DNA of 63,027 nucleotides, filler included, from Anaerolineae bacterium (lineage in GTDB: Bacteria; Chloroflexota; Anaerolineae; Epilineales; Epilineaceae), in the NCBI GenBank assembly GCA_029262755.1. It is 7 parts of 7 records of this genome, joined end to end, with 100 filler letters (N's around TTAATTAATTAA, not from the genome) between each part and the next. Parts side by side here need not be neighbours in the genome. Positions count along the whole stretch, not along the records: positions 7,911 to 17,993 come from JAJCYU010000094.1; positions 18,094 to 22,800 come from JAJCYU010000095.1; 5 more parts are not named here. One strand, 5' to 3'. Positions 9,938 through 18,888 of the stretch are shown here, in pieces. The position numbers were made by a program, and so were the translations under genes. Position 1 is the stretch's first letter; every line of letters begins with the position of its first letter. The notes beneath the pieces were generated by a model. The model had not been told where the DNA came from, did no database searches, and saw nothing but the letters and a program-made list of their open reading frames with translations.

Positions 9938-10609
9938 ATGTCCCTAGCTAGCCGCCCTCCGCGCACACCGCGGCTCGTTGCCGTCGGCGGGCTCTCCGGC
10001 AGCGGCAAATCAACGCTGGCCGCTCGCCTGGCCCAAGGCCGGTCGCGACACGCGACCGAAAGCGAGGGGCCGGTCGTGCTGTTGCGTAGCGATCTCGTGC
10101 GCAAAGAGCTGGCCGGGTTGCCGGCGACCGAGCGCCTCGCGGCCGAACGCTACACACCCAAGGCGGCCGATCGCGTGTATCGAGAGCTGTGCACACGCGC
10201 CGCGCAGACCCTGGCCGCTCACGGCACGGCGATCCTCGACGCCACGTTCACGCAGGCGCGCCACCGTCGGCTTGTCGCGGAGACGGCGCAACGGGCGCAG
10301 GCGACCTTCTTCGGGATCTGGATTGATGTCGATGAGCGGACGCGCATGGACCGGGTCGCGGCGCGTCGGGACGATGCCTCGGATGCCGATGGCTCGGTCG
10401 TGCGCGCCCAGAGTCAAGCGGAGCGAGAGGCCCGCGGCCAAAGGCCGTGGAACGAAGCCGGGTGGTTCGTGATCGACGGGCGCGGCGATGCCGAAGCCAC
10501 ATTGCGGCAGGCCAACGAGCTCTTGCGCGCAGGGGTGGGCTCCGACGTCGACGTCGCTTCCGAATTCGATCCTGACCGCGGCAGCCCAGGCAGCGGCAAC
10601 CACCCGTAG
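9938..10609 (+). CDS. AAA_33-type P-loop kinase-like protein
   Basis: GGLSGSGKST, LRSDLVRKEL, ILDATF and DASDA motifs. Confidence 0.8.
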   Translation: MSLASRPPRTPRLVAVGGLSGSGKSTLAARLAQGRSRHATESEGPVVLLRSDLVRKELAGLPATERLAAERYTPKAADRVYRELCTRAAQTLAAHGTAILDATFTQARHRRLVAETAQRAQATFFGIWIDVDERTRMDRVAARRDDASDADGSVVRAQSQAEREARGQRPWNEAGWFVIDGRGDAEATLRQANELLRAGVGSDVDVASEFDPDRGSPGSGNHP

Positions 10610-10656
10610 TCGACATCGACCGGTTGCTCAGCCTCGACTCGGAGCGATACAGCCTC

Positions 10657-10719
10657 GTAGCCGACACCGTCTTGTAGCCGACACCGTCTTGTAGCAGACA
10701 CCGCTCGTAGCCGACACCA
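10657..10719. repeat. Four tandem copies of a 16-17 bp unit (GTAGCCGACACCGTCTT)
   Basis: Copies start at 10657, 10674, 10691 and 10707, between convergent genes. Confidence 0.85.
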
Positions 10720-10953
10720 TCACCTCGTTCGGCTGCGTCCGTTCGTTCAATTCGACGCTCGGCTTGGTCCCAACGGAGTGCGCAAGCCGCGCGAACAGGC
10801 CCCACGCGGCTAGCCGGTCGTCACACGGCCTCGTGAAGGCGCGGTGACGCGATTGCTAGTGGGCGGGGGGCCGGTTCGCGGCTCTTGGCCGGCCTGCGCG
10901 CCGTGATGCGCGCACGAACGAGGCGGTTCGGCCTCGTTGACCGGCAAAACGCG

Positions 10954-12039
10954 CTAGCGCGTGGTCCAGCTCGTGGCGCCGCGGCGGCCGTAGTTGCGGC
11001 GCAGCAGCAGGTAATCGGAGTAGCCGACGCAGCCGTCGCCGTCCACGTCCGCGCGCGTCGTGACGTCGCAGCGGCCCCACCAGGCGACGAGCTCACGGAA
11101 GTCCGTGTAGTCGACCCGGTTGTTGACCACGAAGTCACCCGCCCGCAGGCTCGTCGCGCCGATGGCGGTCGTGCGGCCGGATTGGACCGACACGTACGCC
11201 CCGCTGTCGAGCCAACCCGACTTGCGGGCATGGATGATCCGCGAACCCGGGGCGACGTCGCGCACGGTGAAAAGGCCGTCGGCTCCCAAGGTCGTCTTGT
11301 AGCGACCGTCAACGTAGATCAGCGTTCCGGCGGCGGAAGAGCGGCCCTCGATCCGCACCTGTCCGTTGATCGCACCGTTGCCGCCGGAAGGCGGAGGCGG
11401 TGAGGTGGGGGGCGGCGGCGAGGCCGGTGGCTTGTCGGTCGGCTCGGCGGGTGGGCGCGTCGTCGCGCTCGGTCGCGGTGTCGCGCTCGCACGCGGCGTG
11501 ACGCTTGGCTGCGGCGTTGCGGTCGGATTGGTCGTGCCGCCTCCGCCGCCGATGGGCTGCGCCGCGGAACTGCTGTTGGCCACATCGACGTTCCAGTAGT
11601 GGCGTCGCGCCCGACCCGGACAGGCTTGGTAGGCCACGCCGATGTCCCGGTAGCTGCTGCTCATGAGGATGTTCCAATGCGGCGAGGATCCGCGCCATCC
11701 CGCGACGACGGCGGCCGGCGAACCGTAGCCCTGCGCGATCGTTTCGCCGAGGGCGCGCCAGCGGTAGCCCTGCGCGCTGATACGCGTGGCCACCGTCGAA
11801 CCGCCGCTACCGATGTGCGAAAGCCTTTGGGTCTGGCACATCCAGTCGTTGTGTCGCTCAGCGGCGTCCCACAAGCGGATGTCGGAACCGAGGGCGGCGC
11901 GGCCACGGTTGGCGCGCTCTTGGTTGATCAAACGCATGACCTCGCGCTCGAAGTCGTTGACTTCCGCGCTCGCGGGTACGGGCGCGGCAAAGAGGAAGGC
12001 CGCCGCAATCGGCAGCACAAGAAGAATCCGTCTGAACAT
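10954..12039 (-). CDS. Secreted CAP/SCP-domain protein with Pro/Thr linker, beta-sandwich and C-terminal dockerin-like domain
   Basis: Signal peptide; INQERA, GETIAQG, WRGSSPHWNIL; paired Ca-loop motifs GDFVVNNRVDYTD and ADVDGDGCVGYSD; AGGAG RBS. Confidence 0.8.
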   Translation of the reverse strand: MFRRILLVLPIAAAFLFAAPVPASAEVNDFEREVMRLINQERANRGRAALGSDIRLWDAAERHNDWMCQTQRLSHIGSGGSTVATRISAQGYRWRALGETIAQGYGSPAAVVAGWRGSSPHWNILMSSSYRDIGVAYQACPGRARRHYWNVDVANSSSAAQPIGGGGGTTNPTATPQPSVTPRASATPRPSATTRPPAEPTDKPPASPPPPTSPPPPSGGNGAINGQVRIEGRSSAAGTLIYVDGRYKTTLGADGLFTVRDVAPGSRIIHARKSGWLDSGAYVSVQSGRTTAIGATSLRAGDFVVNNRVDYTDFRELVAWWGRCDVTTRADVDGDGCVGYSDYLLLRRNYGRRGATSWTTR

Positions 12040-12289
12040 GGCGATGATCAATCTCCTGGGGGGTGAGGATGAGTCAGCCACTGTCCCATTGACATACGAC
12101 GTGACGTGCGGGCTGCGGTTATGGACGTTCGCCGTACGCCCGCCCCACGCTCACCCCACGCGCCACACGGCCCTCGACCGACAGCGCACAGCGCCGCGCA
12201 CGAGCGGCCGTGTGATCCATGTCGTCGGTCGGTGCTCGCTGTTTTGGGCGATCGCCGTCCAGTGCTCGCCTGTCGCTCCGCCGCCGTGC

Positions 12290-14374
12290 TCAGGCGGTCG
12301 GCGCATCATCGGCGCGCGTCGGCTCCGGCGCGGGCAAGCCGGCGGCGCGCATGATCCGTAGCGCGTTGGTGGTCGGACAGGGCCCCGGATGCACCCGGTA
12401 GTCGAAGACCATGCGCTCGTCCACGACATCGTCCCGAAAATGGAGGTTGCGCAGCGCAGAGTGCGTATCCACCAAGGCCGTCAACTCCAGGTCGTGCGTG
12501 GCGACGAGGCCGACCACCCGTCCGCCGGCAAGGGCTTCGAGGTAGGCCTGCGAGCCGAGCAGGCGTTCGCGGTTGTTCGTTCCGCGAAAGATTTCGTCGA
12601 TCGTGAACAGCACGGGCGGCCCATCGTGATCCCGCACGGCCGCCAGCAGCTCCGCCAGGCGCCGCACCTCGCCATAGAAGAACGAGATGCCGGCCGTCAC
12701 GGAGTCGTCGATCCGTCCCACGCTGAACACCCGACACGGCGCGAGGGACAACGAGCGGGCCGGCACGGGGCCGCCGGCCTGAGCCAATACCACGGAGGTC
12801 CCGACGGCGCGCAAGAAGGTGCTCTTGCCTGACATATTGGACCCGGTGATGATCGCGATCTCGCCGACCCGTCCCAGCGTGAGGTCGTTCGCGACGGCGC
12901 CCTCCGGGCTCAACAAGGGGTGGACGAGCCCCGCTACCGCGAGGAAGGGGGTGCCGCCGTCCGCGTCCGGGTCGGCTAGCTCACCACGAGCCTCGCTACC
13001 CCTAGGCTCGCTCTCGCTCGACGCGTCGACCGCCACGAGCTCCGGCATCGTCCAGCGCGGGTCAAGGTGGAGCATATCGGCGAATGCGTCCAGCGCTTCC
13101 AGCGTGTGCCACGCCGCGAGCCAGGCAGGCAGCTCGTCCGCCAGACGCCGGCGCAGGCGCTGCAGCCACCACGCGAAGAGGAAGTCCCACGGCAGGGCTG
13201 CGTTGAGCAGCAGCCAGATGAGCGGGTTGCCGCGCACGCTGGCCCCTGCGGCGATCCACATCGCGCGACGAATCTCCCGCGACGGCCGTGCGTCCGCGTC
13301 GTGGAACGGCGCCAGCAGCGCCGCGAGCGCCGAGCTTCCCGCGGGATCGTGCCCCTCGAGGCGCATGAAGATGGCGCGTACGCGGCGCAGGGCCCCTTCG
13401 AGGCGCATGGCCTCACCGAACGTGTCACCCGTCACCTTGGCGGCCAGCAACACGAGCACGGCATAGACGCCCCACGTCACCTGCCACCATCCCGGCGCCC
13501 TACCCAGCACGTACTCCGCGAACAGCAGCGCCCAGCTGAGCCCGACCAAGATGCTCAGGACCAACAGCCACGTCTCCACGCGCTGGAACAGGACGCGCAC
13601 CGGACGCAGAAGCGACCATGGACCCGAGGTGGATGCAGGGGATGCGGGGGATGAACCCGGAATCGGATCCGAGCGCGAATCGAGAGCATCCGCGTCCGGT
13701 TCAGCCCGGCCATCGAGAAGCCAGCGGAAGGTCGCGTCGACGTCCCATCGGCCGTCCGCCCGCTGGCCGGCGAGACCCTTGCGTCGCGCGCGGTCATCGT
13801 CCCCCGCCAGCCGTGCTTCGAGCACCAGGCGATCGCGCAGCCGGTGGCGGGGTGCGAGCGCCTGCACCAACGCCTGGCGCTCCCGTGCGGCAGCAAGATC
13901 GGGGACGGGGCGCAGCAGCCATGACCGCAGGACGCGGCTGCCGTCGACCGTCGCGCAACGATCGATCCGGTGCAGCACGGATCGCGGCCCGCTGAGATCG
14001 AGATCGCGTGCGAAGGGGTGTTCTGCATCGGCCTTGCCCTCGGCCGGCGGCGGCAGCCCCTCCCAATCCAAGGCCAAGCGCGCAGCCTGCTCCCGCCGAA
14101 GGTCGCGCCAACCGGCGTGCCGCGCAATCGCGCGCTCCAACCGGCGGTGGGCCACGACGGCCATGATGAAGAGCAACGTGGCCGCGGCGCCCGTCGCGAC
14201 GCCGGCTGCGGCGCCGCGCGTCACCGCTGCGACGATCGTCGCGAACGAGCCGGCGAGGAAGAGCGCGACGCGGGCCCACGTCACGCGAAGGCTGATCGCG
14301 GCCAGGCGATCCAAACGGGTCGATAGCCAAGCATCCTGGCGTCGCAAGCGACGCAATCGGTTCGGGCGGTCCAT
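12290..14374 (-). CDS. Membrane-anchored MutS-related protein (MutS_V ATPase domain)
   Basis: ITGSNMSGKSTFLR, SFFYGEVRRL, IDEIFRGTN and ATHD, plus N-terminal and central TM segments. Confidence 0.85.
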   Translation of the reverse strand: MDRPNRLRRLRRQDAWLSTRLDRLAAISLRVTWARVALFLAGSFATIVAAVTRGAAAGVATGAAATLLFIMAVVAHRRLERAIARHAGWRDLRREQAARLALDWEGLPPPAEGKADAEHPFARDLDLSGPRSVLHRIDRCATVDGSRVLRSWLLRPVPDLAAARERQALVQALAPRHRLRDRLVLEARLAGDDDRARRKGLAGQRADGRWDVDATFRWLLDGRAEPDADALDSRSDPIPGSSPASPASTSGPWSLLRPVRVLFQRVETWLLVLSILVGLSWALLFAEYVLGRAPGWWQVTWGVYAVLVLLAAKVTGDTFGEAMRLEGALRRVRAIFMRLEGHDPAGSSALAALLAPFHDADARPSREIRRAMWIAAGASVRGNPLIWLLLNAALPWDFLFAWWLQRLRRRLADELPAWLAAWHTLEALDAFADMLHLDPRWTMPELVAVDASSESEPRGSEARGELADPDADGGTPFLAVAGLVHPLLSPEGAVANDLTLGRVGEIAIITGSNMSGKSTFLRAVGTSVVLAQAGGPVPARSLSLAPCRVFSVGRIDDSVTAGISFFYGEVRRLAELLAAVRDHDGPPVLFTIDEIFRGTNNRERLLGSQAYLEALAGGRVVGLVATHDLELTALVDTHSALRNLHFRDDVVDERMVFDYRVHPGPCPTTNALRIMRAAGLPAPEPTRADDAPTA

Positions 14375-14520
14375 GGCGATGCGTCCCTTCACGTCTGTAC
14401 TGGGTTCGCGGGAGGATAGCACCCGGCCGCATGGCCTCGAGGCATTCGCCATAGCTTGCCCGCTAGCCGGCTCGGACGCACCCTCTACCGTGGCGCCTGG
14501 ATGCGCGTCCGCGTCACCCC

Positions 14521-16278
14521 ATGAACGGAGAACGAATCCTGAGCCAAGCTCGTAGCGTCGCGCACACGCAACCCGGTGACCTCGGCGCGGTCGCGGCGGG
14601 CTCGACCCGCACGGCGAGCGTGGCCTCGGACGTGCTGCGCGCCGGCGGCAACGCCGCGGACGCCGCCGTCGCGGGCGCGCTGACCTCGCTCGTCAGCGAG
14701 GCGCTCTTCACCAACGCGGGATCCGGCGCGCTCATCCTCATTCGCGAGTCCAGCGGACGGGTCCAGGCGCTCGATGCGTTTGCAGCCATGCCGGGCCTCG
14801 ACGCGCCACGCAAAGGGCACGTGCTCGATTTTCGCGCTGCCATGCTGCGCTACGGCGAGACGGACCTGAGCTTCTACATCGGGCGGGGCAGCGTGGCCGT
14901 GCCCGGCTTCCTCGCCGGCCTGGCCGCGCTTCACGAGCGCTTCGGCAGCTTGCCGCTCGCCCGCCTCGTCCAGCCGGCGGTGCACGCCGCGCGCGATGGC
15001 GTCCGATGGACCCGCACCCACCGCGAGCTCGCGGGCTTCCTGTCCCCGATTCTGGTCGACACGCCGGAGAACGCCGCGTTGTTTGGACTGACATCCGGGG
15101 ACGGCTCGCCGGCGCCGGCCCGGCTGACACAAATGCCCCTGTTGGCCGACATGCTCGAACAGATCGGCGCGTCCGGGTTGCAGCGCTTCTATGACGGGCC
15201 CGTCGCCGACGCGATCGTCACCGACCAGGCCGCACGTGGCGGCCTCATCTCCCATCGCGACCTGAAAGCCTACCGGGTGCTCGAAACCCCCACACTGCGC
15301 TTGCGCCTCGCCGGCTGGGATCTTTGGCTGCCCGGTGCGCCCTCCTTGGGCGGAACGATGGTCGCCGCCATGTTGGCGCTGTGGGCGCTGCTGGCCGAGG
15401 ACGAGCCGCTTCCAACTCACGATTCTTTGTCCGCGCCCACGTCACGCGGAGACCGTAGCGGCCACGATGGGCTCGGCGTGGACGCCACGATCGCGCACCG
15501 CTGGGCGATCGTGATCGACGCGGTGAATAGCGCGCGAGAGACGGTCGAGCGTGCGGCGATGAAGGGTGCGTCGCTGGAACGCATCGTGCGTCCGTTGCTG
15601 CCGGATGCGCTGGACGCGCTACGGCACCCGCGACCGCCGCACAAGGGCCACGACCCACACCTTCCGGGCGGCACCACCCACCTGTCCGTGATCGATGCCG
15701 CGGGCATGGCCGTCTCGATGAGCTCTTCCGCCGGTGAATCGGCCGGATATCTGGTTCCGGGCTTGGGCACGATGATGAACAACATGCTCGGCGAGGGTGA
15801 TCTCCACCACGGCGGCTTTCACAGCGCGGCGCCGGGGACACGTCTGCCTACCATGATGGCGCCCATGATCCTCACGCGCGGCAACGCCGGATACCCGCGC
15901 TCGATTCTCGCCCTCGGATCGGGCGGCTCCATGCGCATCCGCACCGCACTCAGCCAGGTCACCTGGGGGATTGCCGGCGAAGGACGGAGCCTGGCCGATG
16001 CCATCGAGCTTCCGCGCCGACACTACGAGGAGCGGCAGATCCATCTCGAAGCGGCTCGCGGCGCGAACGGCGAGCGCCCCGAAGCCGACCGCCTGCGATC
16101 CATCGGCTACGACGTGGTTGCCTGGCCGGATCTCAGCAGCTTCTTCGGGGGCGTGCATGCGGCCCGCATCGACCGGCCGCGATCCGGTGCGCCGATGCGG
16201 GCGAACGCCCATGGCGACACCCGTCGCGACGGCGGCGCGATGGTCGTGCGCGGGGACGGGGACGAGAGCGACACGTAA
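14521..16278 (+). CDS. Gamma-glutamyltransferase family (Ntn hydrolase)
   Basis: GGNAADAAVA, VAVPG, nucleophile TTHLSVID, MNNML and LGSGGS. Confidence 0.9.
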   Translation: MNGERILSQARSVAHTQPGDLGAVAAGSTRTASVASDVLRAGGNAADAAVAGALTSLVSEALFTNAGSGALILIRESSGRVQALDAFAAMPGLDAPRKGHVLDFRAAMLRYGETDLSFYIGRGSVAVPGFLAGLAALHERFGSLPLARLVQPAVHAARDGVRWTRTHRELAGFLSPILVDTPENAALFGLTSGDGSPAPARLTQMPLLADMLEQIGASGLQRFYDGPVADAIVTDQAARGGLISHRDLKAYRVLETPTLRLRLAGWDLWLPGAPSLGGTMVAAMLALWALLAEDEPLPTHDSLSAPTSRGDRSGHDGLGVDATIAHRWAIVIDAVNSARETVERAAMKGASLERIVRPLLPDALDALRHPRPPHKGHDPHLPGGTTHLSVIDAAGMAVSMSSSAGESAGYLVPGLGTMMNNMLGEGDLHHGGFHSAAPGTRLPTMMAPMILTRGNAGYPRSILALGSGGSMRIRTALSQVTWGIAGEGRSLADAIELPRRHYEERQIHLEAARGANGERPEADRLRSIGYDVVAWPDLSSFFGGVHAARIDRPRSGAPMRANAHGDTRRDGGAMVVRGDGDESDT

Positions 16279-16345
16279 CGAGGACCCGGCTCACCACGTC
16301 CCAGCGGCTGCAGCGCCCCCCTTTTCCTACTTGGAGGCTTGATTC

Positions 16346-16495
16346 ATGAATCCTATCGGCGATCTGGTCGCCACCCTGCGCGACAGTCTCGGCTATGTCA
16401 TGACCGGCACGGTGGTCGCCTTCTTTCTGCTCTTCGTGCTCTTGTTCTGGATGTGGCGCGGTATCGCCCTCAAGGACGAGGAGGACGAGAGCTGA
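16346..16495 (+). CDS. 49-aa single-pass membrane protein
   Basis: Below the ORF-track cutoff. GGAGG RBS at 16333-16337; MNPIGDLVATLRDSLGYVMTGTVVAFFLLFVLLFWMWRGIALKDEEDES. Confidence 0.65.
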   Translation: MNPIGDLVATLRDSLGYVMTGTVVAFFLLFVLLFWMWRGIALKDEEDES

Positions 16496-17120
16496 CCGCG
16501 GCGCGCTCGGAGCGCCAGGCCTTCCAGCGCGGCGCAAGCAACCAGCCGGCAATGACAAGATCGAGGGTCGCTTCGAATAGCAGGAACGGACGCCCGAAGT
16601 GGCGGGGGTCCCAATACGAGACGGGGCTGAGAAACCGCGTGCTCCAATCGAAGGGAAACAGCAGGAGGGGCCCGTCATCGTGATGGGTGGCGATGTCGAT
16701 GAGCGCATGCACCAGGCAAAAGAGCAGAAATGTGCTCCACCAACGCCGACGAGCCGCCGCCTTGGCCTGCACGCGATCATCGATCCGCACGCCGGCCAGA
16801 TCGGGCACGACCATCCGCCAGCGACCTTCGAGCTGTAGAAATGCGAGGCCGGCGATCAGGATGAGCGGCGCGTGAAGCATGTTGTGGCTTGCAATCCACG
16901 CGGGATGCTCAAAATACAGCACATCGAACAGTTTCGCGGAGGCCTCCGGCATGGACCAGCCCAGCAGACCTCGGTACCACGCGAAGCCGCCGATCGACAA
17001 CAGGTACAGCGGAATATCCGGCGCGACCGACCCCCAAGCCGCGGCTGACGCGGGTATGGCCAGGGTGGGACGTGCCTTGCGGATGGTCAGGCCGATAAGA
17101 AGGTGGGAGGGAGTCTGCAT
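16470..17120 (-). CDS. Membrane-bound metal-dependent hydrolase (YdjM-like)
   Basis: TPSH, GSVAPDIP, HNMLH and HALIDIATHHDDG...LFP motifs. Confidence 0.75.
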   Translation of the reverse strand: MQTPSHLLIGLTIRKARPTLAIPASAAAWGSVAPDIPLYLLSIGGFAWYRGLLGWSMPEASAKLFDVLYFEHPAWIASHNMLHAPLILIAGLAFLQLEGRWRMVVPDLAGVRIDDRVQAKAAARRRWWSTFLLFCLVHALIDIATHHDDGPLLLFPFDWSTRFLSPVSYWDPRHFGRPFLLFEATLDLVIAGWLLAPRWKAWRSERAAVSSRPPRP

Positions 17121-17133
17121 CCGAATCCCGAAG

Positions 17134-17188
17134 TTGACAGCGGGCCTTCATCCCCTTACCATCCATACAGATTCCATATGGCTGGTAA
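17134..17188 (+). promoter_or_regulatory. sigma70-type promoter with overlapping inverted-repeat operator
   Basis: TTGACA (17134-17139), 17 bp, TACCAT (17157-17162). Inverted repeat TTACCATCCATA-N9-TATGGCTGGTAA (11/12 match). Confidence 0.7.
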
Positions 17189-17208
17189 ATAGCGAATAGG
17201 AGTCGGGT

Positions 17209-17595
17209 TTGGCGGAGAGCGAGAAGATCACGATCAATATGAGCGTCGTCGACCTCGGCAAGATCGATCTGTTGGTTGCCGAGGGCCACTATACCAACCG
17301 CACCGATTGTGTGCGCACCGCCGTGCGCGATCTCCTCGCACGCCACGGGAAGGACATCGACGGTGGCGCCACGCGGCGCTCTCTTGTCGTGGGCGTGGTC
17401 CATCTCGGCCGTGCCCAACTCGAGAAGCTCCGCGATAACGGCGAACGCGTCGCGATCCGCGCGGTCGGCCTCGTGCGCATCGGAGACGACGTGACGCCCG
17501 AGCTTGCAAGCGACACGATCGAGTCCATACGCGTATACGGCGCGCTGCGCGGGCCGGACACCGTGCGCGCGATGCTGAGCGACCGCCTGCTCTAG
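17209..17595 (+). CDS. CopG/Arc ribbon-helix-helix transcriptional regulator
   Basis: EKITINM...DLGKIDLLV..G.Y.NRTD.VRTAVR; AGGAG RBS and TTG start. Confidence 0.8.
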   Translation: MAESEKITINMSVVDLGKIDLLVAEGHYTNRTDCVRTAVRDLLARHGKDIDGGATRRSLVVGVVHLGRAQLEKLRDNGERVAIRAVGLVRIGDDVTPELASDTIESIRVYGALRGPDTVRAMLSDRLL

Positions 17596-17993
17596 TATTC
17601 GGTAGCATGGAATCTTCCGGGTTCGGCCCATAGCGACGCCGAGATGGCCCGCCATACGACCGCCTGTTCCCGCTCCGTGCCGGGAAGACCGGCGCTGAAG
17701 CCGGTCACGCCCGCGGGCGCGGTGCGTCGGCCTTCGGCACCGCTAGGGCCGGTACGTCCGGTGTCGATCGTCACGCCCCGCGGCACGCGCGCCGCAAGCC
17801 ATTCGGGCCGCACATAATCCCGCCAGCGCGCCTCGCCGGCTCCGAGCAGGACCCCAACCGCGTCGCGCTCTCGTTCGAACACCCCTCGTTGATACAAGGG
17901 CCGCTGATCGGTCGGCGTCGCACGGTCGCGGATGACGGGCGGCAACAGACCCGACATCGCCTGCCGCAGACCGTCCTTGGCCCGACCATGGTG
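17592..17993 (-). CDS. C-terminal part of an asparagine synthase-like protein (partial)
   Basis: GRAKDGLRQAMSGLLPPVIRDR and WRAISASLW resemble the Asn-synthase C-terminus. The 5' part is lost at the spacer. Confidence 0.55.
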   Translation of the reverse strand, partial: HHGRAKDGLRQAMSGLLPPVIRDRATPTDQRPLYQRGVFERERDAVGVLLGAGEARWRDYVRPEWLAARVPRGVTIDTGRTGPSGAEGRRTAPAGVTGFSAGLPGTEREQAVVWRAISASLWAEPGRFHATEY

Positions 17994-18093
17994 NNNNNNN
18001 NNNNNNNNNNNNNNNNNNNNNNNNNNNNNNNNNNNNNTTAATTAATTAANNNNNNNNNNNNNNNNNNNNNNNNNNNNNNNNNNNNNNNNNNNN
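17994..18093. other. Artificial contig spacer
   Basis: N/TTAATTAATTAA linker. Confidence 0.98.
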
Positions 18094-18493
18094 ATCGCGG
18101 CGCGTCGCCATCGACCACAGTGCGGCCGTAGCGTTGCTTCTTTTCGGACTGGGAGAGCAGGCGGGTTCCGTGCGCGGCGCGCTTGACGTAGCCGAAGCGG
18201 TTGGCTTTGACGAGGTTGCCTTGAGCACGGTCGATCAGCAGGCCGCGCGTGACCGCTTCCGGATCAAATTCCAGATCGGACACGGGCCAGCCCAGGACGG
18301 CCAGGCGTTCGCGCAGGTGCTCGAAGGCACGGCGCTCCCATGCCTCGACGTTGTAATGGACCAACGTGTAGTCCATGTCGAAGCCGATGGCCCGGATCGA
18401 GCGCAGGTTCAGCGAGCGGTTGCAGTACACCTGTTGGCACGCCGCGGGGCGGGCTGCTTCGCCCGCCCCGCGTATCTCTGATTCGGTCTTCAT
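18094..18493 (-). CDS. HAD-IG family 5'-nucleotidase (partial)
   Basis: VYCNRSLNLRSIRAIGFDMDYTLVHY and RGLLID..GNLVK. Confidence 0.85.
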
Positions 18494-18518
18494 GGGAGCC
18501 CGAAGCGGGTTCGTGTTC

Positions 18519-18743
18519 CTACTCCGTGACGTGCTCGGCATTGTTGCGAACCATGAAGGTGAGGTTGCAGTTGAGGCGGAACTTCACGATCTTGTCGTTG
18601 TCCACGATCGCCTGAAGGTCCTTGACATACAGATGCTTGATGTCCTTTACGGTCACGGACGCATGCGCGATGGCATTCTGCGCGGCGTCCTCCCAACTCT
18701 CGTCCGACTCGGCGATGACCTCGATGACTTTAGCGATGGACAT
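18519..18743 (-). CDS. Dodecin family protein
   Basis: MSIAKVIEVIAESDESWEDAAQNAI...FRLNCNLTF; AGGAG RBS. Confidence 0.85.
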   Translation of the reverse strand: MSIAKVIEVIAESDESWEDAAQNAIAHASVTVKDIKHLYVKDLQAIVDNDKIVKFRLNCNLTFMVRNNAEHVTE

Positions 18744-18888
18744 GGGAAAAAACTCCTGGTGGTTTGGTGGTGGGTTCGTGGTGGTTTGGTGGTGGGATAG
18801 GGGGATGGGCGGAACGTACGTGCAGAAAGAAATCGTTCGACGGCTTCGTTCGCCGCTGCGCAACGTGTAGAGCGGGGCCGAAGCCCTG

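Noticed and set aside
10657..10719. CRISPR array
   Set aside because: Units are 16-17 bp and contiguous with no unique spacers, and no cas genes are in the window.
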